This document shows, in pieces, positions 52,101 to 63,400 of a stretch of DNA of 64,000 nucleotides. Origin of the DNA: Eledone cirrhosa (taxonomy: Eukaryota); the NCBI GenBank assembly GCA_964016885.1, contig OZ024758.1, positions 37,386,001 to 37,450,000 of the forward strand. Direction: 5' to 3'. The notes beneath the pieces were generated by a model that did no database searches, was not told the origin of the DNA, and saw only the letters and a program-made list of their open reading frames with translations. The translations under genes were made by a program, and so were the position numbers. The stretch's first letter is position 1. The number at the start of each line of letters is the position of its first letter.

Positions 52101-55100
52101 ATTTCATGGTATTAGCTGTCAGAACGAACTCCACTGTTGGTGAGAATTCATTTAAGTTCATGGTATTAGCTCTCAGAAGTAACTCCACTGTTGGTGAGAG
52201 TTCATTTAAGTCATGGTATTAGCTGTCAGAAGTAACTCCAATGTTGGTGAGAATTCATTTAAGTTCATGGTATTAGCTGTCAGAAGTAACTCCACTGTTG
52301 GTGAGAGTTCATTTAAGTCATGGTATTAGCTGTCAGAAGTAACTCCAATGTTGGTGAGAATTCATTTAAGTTCATGGTATTAGCTGTCAGAAGTAACTCC
52401 ACTGTTGGTGAGAATTCATTTAAGTTCATGGTATTAGCTGTCAGAAGTAACTCCACTGTTGGTGAGAATTCATTTAAGTTCATGGTACTAGCTGTCAGAA
52501 GTAACTCCACTGTTGGTGAGAATTCATTTAAGTTCATGGTATTAGTTTGTCAGAAGTAACTCCACTGTTGGTGAGAATTCATTTAAGTCATGGTATTAGT
52601 TGTCAGAAGTAACTCCAATGTTGGTGAGAATTCATTTAAGTTCATGGTATTAGCTGTCAGAAGGAACTCCACTGTTGGTGAGAATTCATTTAAGTTCATG
52701 GTATTAGCTGTCAGAAGGAACTCCAATGTTGGTGAGAATTCATTTAAGTTCATGGTATTAGCTGTCAGAAGGAACTCCACTGTTGGTGAGAATTCATTTA
52801 AGTTCATGGTATTAGCTGTCAGAAGGAACTCCAATGTTGGTGAGAATTCATTTAAGTCATGGTACTAGCTGTCAGAAGTAACTCCAATGTTGGTGAGAAT
52901 TCATTTAAGTCATGGTACTAGCTGTCAGAAGTAACTCCAATGTTGGTGAGAATTCATTTAAGTTCATGGTATTAGCTGTCAGAAGGAACTCCACTGTTGG
53001 TGAGAATTCATTTAAGTTCATGGTATTAGCTGTCAGAAGTAACTCCACTGTTGGTGAGAATTCATTTAAGTTCATGGTATTAGCTGTCAGAAGTAACTCC
53101 ACTGTTGGTGAGAATTCATTTAAGTTCATGGTACTAGCTGTCAGAAGTAACTCCAATGTTGGTGAGAATTCATTTAAGTTCATGGTATTAGCTGTCAGAA
53201 GTAACTCCACTGTTGGTGAGAATTCATTTAAGTCATGGTATTAGCTGTCAGAAGTAACTCCAATGTTGGTGAGAATTCATTTAAGTTCATGGTATTAGCT
53301 GTCAGAAGTAACTCCAATGTTGGTGAGAATTCATTTAAGTTCATGGTATTAGCTGTCAGAAGGAACTCCACTGTTGCTGAGAATTCATTTAAGTTCATGG
53401 TATTAGCTGTCAGAAGTAACTCCACTGTTGGTGAGAATTCATTTAAGTTCATGGTACTAGCTGTCAGAAGTAACTCCACTGTTGGTGAGAATTCATTTAA
53501 GTTCATGGTATTAGCTGTCAGAAGTCACTCCAATGTTGGTGAGAATTCATTTAAGTTCATGGTATTAGCTGTCAGAAGTCACTCCACTGTTGGTGAGAAT
53601 TCATTTAAGTTCATGGTACTAGCTGTCAGAAGTAACCCCAATGTTGGTGAGAATTCATTTAAGTTCATGGTATTAGCTATCAGAAGTCACTCCAATGTTG
53701 GTGAGAATTCATTTAAGTTCATGGTATTAGCTGTCAGAAGTAACTCCACTGTTGGTGAGAATTCATTTAAGTTCATGGTATTAGCTGTCAGAAGTAACTC
53801 CACTGTTGGTGAGAATTCATTTAAGTTCATGGTATTAGCTGTCAGAAGGAACTCCACTGTTGGTGAGAATTCATTTAAGTTCATGGTACTAGCTGTCAGA
53901 AGTAACTCCACTGTTGGTGAGAATTCATTTAAGTTCATGGTATTAGTTTGTCAGAAGTAACTCCACTGTTGGTGAGAATTCATTTAAGTCATGGTATTAG
54001 TTGTCAGAAGTAACTCCAATGTTGGTGAGAATTCATTTAAGCCATGGTACTAGCTGTCAGAAGTAACTCCAATGTTGGTGAGAATTCATTTAAGTTCATG
54101 GTATTAGCTGTCAGAACGAACTCCACTGTTGGTGAGAATTCATTTAAGTTCATGGTATTAGCTGTCAGAAGTAACTCCACTGTTGGTGAGAATTCATTTA
54201 AGTTCATGGTACTAGCTGTCAGAAGTAACTCCAATGTTGGTGAGAATTCATTTAAGTTCATGGTATTAGCTGTCAGAAGTAACTCCACTGTTGGTGAGAG
54301 TTCATTTAAGTCATGGTATTAGCTGTCAGAAGTAACTCCAATGTTGGTGAGAATTCATTTAAGTTCATGGTATTAGCTGTCAGAAGTAACTCCACTGTTG
54401 GTGAGAATTCATTTAAGTTCATGGTATTAGCTGTCAGAAGTAACTCCACTGTTGGTGAGAATTCATTTAAGTTCATGGTACTAGCTGTCAGAAGTAACTC
54501 CACTGTTGGTGAGAATTCATTTAAGTTCATGGTATTAGTTTGTCAGAAGTAACTCCACTGTTGGTGAGAATTCATTTAAGTCATGGTATTAGTTGTCAGA
54601 AGTAACTCCAATGTTGGTGAGAATTCATTTAAGTTCATGGTATTAGCTGTCAGAAGGAACTCCACTGTTGGTGAGAATTCATTTAAGTTCATGGTATTAG
54701 CTGTCAGAAGGAACTCCAATGTTGGTGAGAATTCATTTAAGTCATGGTACTAGCTGTCAGAAGTAACTCCACTGTTGGTGAGAATTCATTTAAGTTCATG
54801 GTATTAGCTGTCAGAAGTAACTCCACTGTTGGTGAGAATTCATTTAAGTTCATGGTACTAGCTGTCAGAAGTAACTCCAATGTTGGTGAGAATTCATTTA
54901 AGTTCATGGTATTAGTTTGTCAGAAGTAACTCCACTGTTGGTGAGAATTCATTTAAGTCATGGTATTAGTTGTCAGAAGTAACTCCAATGTTGGTGAGAA
55001 TTCATTTAAGCCATGGTACTAGCTGTCAGAAGTAACTCCAATGTTGGTGAGAATTCATTTAATTTCATGGTATTAGCTGTCAGAACGAACTCCACTGTTG

Positions 55101-57759
55101 GTGAGAATTCATTTAAGTTCATGGTATTAGCTGTCAGAAGTAACTCCACTGTTGGTGAGAATTCATTTAAGTTCATGGTACTAGCTGTCAGAAGTAACTC
55201 CAATGTTGGTGAGAATTCATTTAAGTTCATGGTATTAGCTGTCCGAAGTAACTCCACTGTTGGTGAGAATTCATTTAAGTCATGGTATTAGCTGTCAGAA
55301 GTAACTCCAATGTTGGTGAGAATTCATTTAAGTTCATGTTATTAGCTGTCAGAAGTAACTCCAATGTTGGTGAGAATTCATTTAAGTTCATGGTATTAGC
55401 TGTCAGAAGGAACTCCACTGTTGGTGAGAATTCATTTAAGTTCATGGTATTAGCTGTCAGAAGGAACTCCAATGTTGGTGAGAATTCATTTAAGTCATGG
55501 TACTAGCTGTCAGAAGTAACTCCACTGTTGGTGAGAATTCATTTAAGTTCATGGTATTAGCTGTCAGAAGTAACTCCACTGTTGGTGAGAATTCATTTAA
55601 GTTCATGGTACTAGCTGTCAGAAGTAACTCCAATGTTGGTGAGAATTCATTTAAGTTCATGGTATTAGTTTGTCAGAAGTAACTCCACTGTTGGTGAGAA
55701 TTCATTTAAGTCATGGTATTAGTTGTCAGAAGTAACTCCAATGTTGGTGAGAATTCATTTAAGCCATGGTACTAGCTGTCAGAAGTAACTCCAATGTTGG
55801 TGAGAATTCATTTAATTTCATGGTATTAGCTGTCAGAACGAACTCCACTGTTGGTGAGAATTCATTTAAGTTCATGGTATTAGCTGTCAGAAGTAACTCC
55901 ACTGTTGGTGAGAATTCAGTTAAGTTCATGGTACTAGCTGTCAGAAGTAACTCCAATGTTGGTGAGAATTCATTTAAGTTCATGGTATTAGCTGTCAGAA
56001 GTAACTCCACTGTTGGTGAGAATTCATTTAAGTTCATGGTATTAGCTGTCAGAAGGAACTCCACTGTTGGTGAGAATTCATTTAAGTTCATGGTATTAGC
56101 TGTCAGAAGTAACTCCACTGTTGGTGAGAATTCATTTAAGTCATGGTATTAGCTGTCAGAAGTAACTCCATTGTTGGTGAGAATTCATTTAAGTCATGGT
56201 ACTAGCTGTCAGAAGTAACTCCAATGTTGGTGAGAATTCATTTAAGTCATGGTACTAGCTGTCAGAAGTAACTCCAATGTTGGTGAGAATTCATTTAAGT
56301 TCATGGTATTAGCTGTCAGAAGGAACTCCACTGTTGGTGAGAATTCATTTAAGTTCATGGTATTAGCTGTCAGAAGTAACTCCACTGTTGGTGAGAATTC
56401 ATTTAAATTCATGGTATTAGCTGTCAGAAGTAACTCCACTGTTGGTGAGAATTCATTTAAGTTCATGGTACTAGCTGTCAGAAGTAACTCCAATGTTGGT
56501 GAGAATTCATTTAAGTTCATGGTATTAGCTGTCCGAAGTAACTCCACTGTTGGTGAGAATTCATTTAAGTCATGGTATTAGCTGTCAGAAGTAACTCCAA
56601 TGTTGGTGAGAATTCATTTAAGTTCATGTTATTAGCTGTCAGAAGTAACTCCAATGTTGATGAGAATTCATTTAAGTTCATGGTATTAGCTGTCAGAAGG
56701 AACTCCACTGTTGCTGAGAATTCATTTAAGTTCATGGTATTAGCTGTCAGAAGTAACTCCACTGTTGGTGAGAATTCATTTAAGTTCATGGTACTAGCTG
56801 TCAGAAGTAACTCCACTGTTGGTGAGAATTCATTTAAGTTCATGGTATTAGCTGTCAGAAGTCACTCCAATGTTGGTGAGAATACATTTAAGTTCATGGT
56901 ATTAGCTGTCAGAAGTCACTCCACTGTTGGTGAGAATTCATTTAAGTTTATGGTACTAGCTGTCAGAAGTAACCCCAATGTTGGTGAGAATTCATTTAAG
57001 TTCATGGTATTAGCTATCAGAAGTCACTCCAATGTTGGTGAGAATTCATTTAAGTTCATGGTATTAGCTGTCAGAAGTAACTCCACTGTTGGTGAGAATT
57101 CATTTAAGTTCATGGTATTAGCTGTCAGAAGTAACTCCACTGTTGGTGAGAATTCATTTAAGTTCATGGTATTAGCTGTCAGAAGGAACTCCACTGTTGG
57201 TGAGAATTCATTTAAGTTCATGGTACTAGCTGTCAGAAGTAACTCCACTGTTGGTGAGAATTCATTTAAGTTCATGGTATTAGCTGTCAGAAGTAACTCC
57301 ACTGTTGGTGAGAATTCATTTAAGTTCATGGTATTAGCTGTCAGAAGTAACTCCACTGTTGGTGAGAATTCATTTAAGTTCATGGTATTAGCTGTCAGAA
57401 GGAACTCCACTGTTGCTGAGAATTCATTTAAGTTCATGGTACTAGCTGTCAGAAGTAACTCCACTGTTGGTGAGAATTCATTTAAGTTCATGGTATTAGC
57501 TGTCAGAAGTAACTCCACTGTTGGTGAGAATTCATTTAAGTTCATGGTATTAGCTGTCAGAAGTAACTCCACTGTTGGTGAGAATTCATTTAAGTTCATG
57601 GTATCAGCTGTCAGAAGGAACTCCACTGTTGGTGAGAATTCATTTAAGTTCATGGTACTAGCTGTCAGAAGTAACTCCACTGTTGGTGAGAATTCATTTA
57701 AGTTCATGGTATTAGTTTGTCAGAAGTAACTCCACTGTTGGTGAGAATTCATTTAAGTC

Positions 57760-60447
57760 ATGGTATTAGTTGTCAGAAGTAACTCCAATGTTGGTGAGAA
57801 TTCATTTAAGCCATGGTACTAGCTGTCAGAAGTAACTCCAATGTTGGTGAGAATTCATTTAAGTTCATGGTATTAGCTGTCAGAACGAACTCCACTGTTG
57901 GTGAGAATTCATTTAAGTCCATGGTATTAGCTGTCAGAAGTAACTCCACTGTTGGTGAGAATTCATTTAAGTTCATGGTACTAGCTGTCAGAAGTAACTC
58001 CAATGTTGGTGAGAATTCATTTAAGTTCATGGTATTAGCTGTCAGAAGTAACTCCACTGTTGGTGAGAGTTCATTTAAGTCATGGTATTAGCTGTCAGAA
58101 GTAACTCCAATGTTGGTGAGAATTCATTTAAGTTCATGGTATTAGCTGTCAGAAGTAACTCCACTGTTGGTGAGAATTCATTTAAGTTCATGGCATTAGC
58201 TGTCAGAAGTAACTCCACTGTTGGTGAGAATTCATTTAAGTTCATGGTACTAGCTGTCAGAAGTAACTCCACTGTTGGTGAGAATTCATTTAAGTTCATG
58301 GTATTAGTTTGTCAGAAGTAACTTCACTGTTGGTGAGAATTCATTTAAGTCATGGTATTAGTTGTCAGAAGTAACTCCAATGTTGGTGAGAATTCATTTA
58401 AGTTCATGGTATTAGCTGTCAGAAGGAACTCCACTGTTGGTGAGAATTCATTTAAGTTCATGGTATTAGCTGTCAGAAGGAACTCCAATGTTGGTGAGAA
58501 TTCATTTAAGTCATGGTACTAGCTGTCAGAAGTAACTCCACTGTTGGTGAGAATTCATTTAAGTTCATGGTATTAGCTGTCAGAAGGAACTCCACTGTTG
58601 GTGAGAATTCATTTAAGTTCATGGTATTAGCTGTCAGAAGTAACTCCACTGTTGGTGAGAATTCATTTAAGTCATGGTATTAGCTGTCAGAAGTAACTCC
58701 ATTGTTGGTGAGAATTCATTTAAGTCATGGTACTAGCTGTCAGAAGTAACTCCAATGTTGGTGAGAATTCATTTAAGTCATGGTACTAGCTGTCAGAAGT
58801 AACTCCAATGTTGGTGAGAATTCATTTAAGTTCATGGTATTAGCTGTCAGAAGGAACTCCACTGTTGGTGAGAATTCATTTAAGTTCATGGTATTAGCTG
58901 TCAGAAGTAACTCCACTGTTGGTGAGAATTCATTTAAGTTCATGGTATTAGCTGTCAGAAGTAACTCCACTGTTGGTGAGAATTCATTTAAGTTCATGGT
59001 ACTAGCTGTCAGAAGTAACTCCAATGTTGGTGAGAATTCATTTAAGTTCATGGTATTAGCTGTCAGAAGTAACTCCACTGTTGGTGAGAATTCATTTAAG
59101 TTCATGGTATTAGTTGTCAGAAGTAACTCCAATGTTGGTGAGAATTCATTTAAGCCATGGTACTAGCTGTCAGAAGTAACTCCAATGTTGGTGAGAATTC
59201 ATTTAAGTTCATGGTATTAGCTGTCAGAACGAACTCCACTGTTGGTGAGAATTCATTTAAGTCCATGGTATTAGCTGTCAGAAGTAACTCCACTGTTGGT
59301 GAGAATTCATTTAAGTTCATGGTACTAGCTGTCAGAAGTAACTCCAATGTTGGTGAGAATTCATTTAAGTTCATGGTATTAGCTGTCAGAAGTAACTCCA
59401 CTGTTGGTGAGAGTTCATTTAAGTCATGGTATTAGCTGTCAGAAGTAACTCCAATGTTGGTGAGAATTCATTTAAGTTCATGGTATTAGCTGTCAGAAGT
59501 AACTCCACTGTTGGTGAGAATTCATTTAAGTTCATGGCATTAGCTGTCAGAAGTAACTCCACTGTTGGTGAGAATTCATTTAAGTTCATGGTACTAGCTG
59601 TCAGAAGTAACTCCACTGTTGGTGAGAATTCATTTAAGTTCATGGTATTAGTTTGTCAGAAGTAACTTCACTGTTGGTGAGAATTCATTTAAGTCATGGT
59701 ATTAGTTGTCAGAAGTAACTCCAATGTTGGTGAGAATTCATTTAAGTTCATGGTATTAGCTGTCAGAAGGAACTCCACTGTTGGTGAGAATTCATTTAAG
59801 TTCATGGTATTAGCTGTCAGAAGGAACTCCAATGTTGGTGAGAATTCATTTAAGTCATGGTACTAGCTGTCAGAAGTAACTCCACTGTTGGTGAGAATTC
59901 ATTTAAGTTCATGGTATTAGCTGTCAGAAGGAACTCCACTGTTGGTGAGAATTCATTTAAGTTCATGGTATTAGCTGTCAGAAGTAACTCCACTGTTGGT
60001 GAGAATTCATTTAAGTCATGGTATTAGCTGTCAGAAGTAACTCCATTGTTGGTGAGAATTCATTTAAGTCATGGTACTAGCTGTCAGAAGTAACTCCAAT
60101 GTTGGTGAGAATTCATTTAAGTCATGGTACTAGCTGTCAGAAGTAACTCCAATGTTGGTGAGAATTCATTTAAGTTCATGGTATTAGCTGTCAGAAGGAA
60201 CTCCACTGTTGGTGAGAATTCATTTAAGTTCATGGTATTAGCTGTCAGAAGTAACTCCACTGTTGGTGAGAATTCATTTAAGTTCATGGTATTAGCTGTC
60301 AGAAGTAACTCCACTGTTGGTGAGAATTCATTTAAGTTCATGGTACTAGCTGTCAGAAGTAACTCCAATGTTGGTGAGAATTCATTTAAGTTCATGGTAT
60401 TAGCTGTCAGAAGTAACTCCACTGTTGGTGAGAATTCATTTAAGTTC
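57760..60447. repeat. Tandem duplication with a 1,344-bp period (25 monomers); junction at ~59101-59113
   Basis: 57813>59157, 58082>59426 and 58780>60124 equal 1,344. The markers aagtccatgg, catggcatt and taacttcact are duplicated. Confidence 0.88.
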
Positions 60448-63400
60448 ATGGTATTAGCTGTCAGAAGTAACTCCAATGTTGGTGAGAATTCATTTAAGTT
60501 CATGGTATTAGCTGTCAGAAGTAACTCCAATGTTGGTGAGAATTCATTTAAGTTCATGGTATTAGCTGTCAGAAGGAACTCCACTGTTGCTGAGAATTCA
60601 TTTAAGTTCATGGTATTAGCTGTCAGAAGTAACTCCACTGTTGGTGACAATTCATTTAAGTTCATGGTACTAGCTGTCAGAAGTAACTCCACTGTTGGTG
60701 AGAATTCATTTAAGTTCATGGTATTAGCTGTCAGAAGTCACTCCAATGTTGGTGAGAATTCATTTAAGTTCATGGTATTAGCTGTCAGAAGTCACTCCAC
60801 TGTTGGTGAGAATTCATTTAAGTTCATGGTACTAGCTGTCAGAAGTAACCCTAATGTTGGTGAGAATTCATTTAAGTTCATGGTATTAGCTGTCAGAAGT
60901 CACTCCAATGTTGGTGAGAATTCATTTAAGTTCATGGTATTAGCTGTCAGAAGTAACTCCACTGTTGGTGAGAATTCATTTAAGTTCATGGTATTAGCTG
61001 TCAGAAGTAACTCCACTGTTGGTGAGAATTCATTTAAGTTCATGGTATTAGCTGTCAGAAGGAACTCCACTGTTGGTGAAAATTCATTTAAGTTCATGGT
61101 ATTAGCTGTCAGAAGTAACTCCACTGTTGGTGAGAATTCATTTAAGTTCATGGTACTAGCTGTCAGAAGTAACTCCAATGTTGGTGAGAATTCATTTAAG
61201 TTCATGGTATTAGCTGTCAGAAGTAACTCCACTGTTGGTGAGAGTTCATTTAAGTCATGGTATTAGCTGTCAGAAGTAACTCCAATGTTGGTGAGAATTC
61301 ATTTAAGTTCATGGTATTAGCTGTCAGAATTAACTCCACTGTTGGTGAGAATTCATATAAGTTCATGGTATTAGCTGTCAGAAGTAACTCCACTGTTGGT
61401 GAGAATTCATTTAAGTTCATGGTACTAGCTGTCAGAAGTAACTCCACTGTTGGTGAGAATTCATTTAAGTTCATGGTATTAGTTTGTCAGAAGTAACTCC
61501 ACTGTTGGTGAGAATTCATTTAAGTCATGGTATTAGTTGTCAGAAGTAACTCCAATGTTGGTGAGAATTCATTTAAGTTCATGGTATTAGCTGTCAGAAG
61601 GAACTCCACTGTTGGTGAGAATTCATTTAAGTTCATGGTATTAGCTGTCAGAAGGAACTCCAATGTTGGTGAGAATTCATTTAAGTCATGGTACTAGCTG
61701 TCAGAAGTAACTCCACTGTTGGTGAGAATTCATTTAAGTTCATGGTATTAGCTGTCAGAAGGAACTCCACTGTTGGTGAGAATTCATTTAAGTTCATGGT
61801 ACTAGCTGTCAGAAGTAACTCCACTGTTGGTGAGAATTCATTTAAGTTCATGGTATTAGTTTGTCAGAAGTAACTCCACTGTTGGTGAGAATTCATTTAA
61901 GTCATGGTATTAGTTGTCAGAAGTAACTCCAATGTTGGTGAGAATTCATTTAAGCCATGGTACTAGCTGTCAGAAGTAACTCCAATGTTGGTGAGAATTC
62001 ATTTAATTTCATGGTATTAGCTGTCAGAACGAACTCCACTGTTGGTGAGAATTCATTTAAGTTCATGGTATTAGCTCTCAGAAGTAACTCCACTGTTGGT
62101 GAGAGTTCATTTAAGTCATGGTATTAGCTGTCAGAAGTAACTCCAATGTTGGTGAGAATTCATTTAAGTTCATGGTATTAGCTGTCAGAAGTAACTCCAC
62201 TGTTGGTGAGAGTTCATTTAAGTCATGGTATTAGCTGTCAGAAGTAACTCCAATGTTGGTGAGAATTCATTTAAGTTCATGGTATTAGCTGTCAGAAGTA
62301 ACTCCACTGTTGGTGAGAATTCATTTAAGTTCATGGTATTAGCTGTCAGAAGTAACTCCACTGTTGGTGAGAATTCATTTAAGTTCATGGTACTAGCTGT
62401 CAGAAGTTACTCCACTGTTGGTGAGAATTCATTTAAGTTCATGGTATTAGTTTGTCAGAAGTAACTCCACTGTTGGTGAGAATTCATTTAAGTCATGGTA
62501 TTAGTTGTCAGAAGTAACTCCAATGTTGGTGAGAATTCATTTAAGTTCATGGTATTAGCTGTCAGAAGGAACTCCACTGTTGGTGAGAATTCATTTAAGT
62601 TCATGGTATTAGCTGTCAGAAGGAACTCCAATGTTGGTGAGAATTCATTTAAGTTCATGGTATTAGCTGTCAGAAGGAACTCCACTGTTGGTGAGAATTC
62701 ATTTAAGTTCATGGTATTAGCTGTCAGAAGGAACTCCAATGTTGGTGAGAATTCATTTAAGTCATGGTACTAGCTGTCAGAAGTAACTCCAATGTTGGTG
62801 AGAATTCATTTAAGTCATGGTACTAGCTGTCAGAAGTAACTCCAATGTTGGTGAGAATTCATTTAAGTTCATGGTATTAGCTGTCAGAAGGAACTCCACT
62901 GTTGGTGAGAATTCATTTAAGTTCATGGTATTAGCTGTCAGAAGTAACTCCACTGTTGGTGAGAATTCATTTAAGTTCATGGTATTAGCTGTCAGAAGTA
63001 ACTCCACTGTTGGTGAGAATTCATTTAAGTTCATGGTACTAGCTGTCAGAAGTAACTCCAATGTTGGTGAGAATTCATTTAAGTTCATGGTATTAGCTGT
63101 CAGAAGTAACTCCACTGTTGGTGAGAATTCATTTAAGTCATGGTATTAGCTGTCAGAAGTAACTCCAATGTTGGTGAGAATTCATTTAAGTTCATGGTAT
63201 TAGCTGTCAGAAGTAACTCCAATGTTGGTGAGAATTCATTTAAGTTCATGGTATTAGCTGTCAGAAGGAACTCCACTGTTGCTGAGAATTCATTTAAGTT
63301 CATGGTATTAGCTGTCAGAAGTAACTCCACTGTTGGTGAGAATTCATTTAAGTTCATGGTACTAGCTGTCAGAAGTAACTCCACTGTTGGTGAGAATTCA

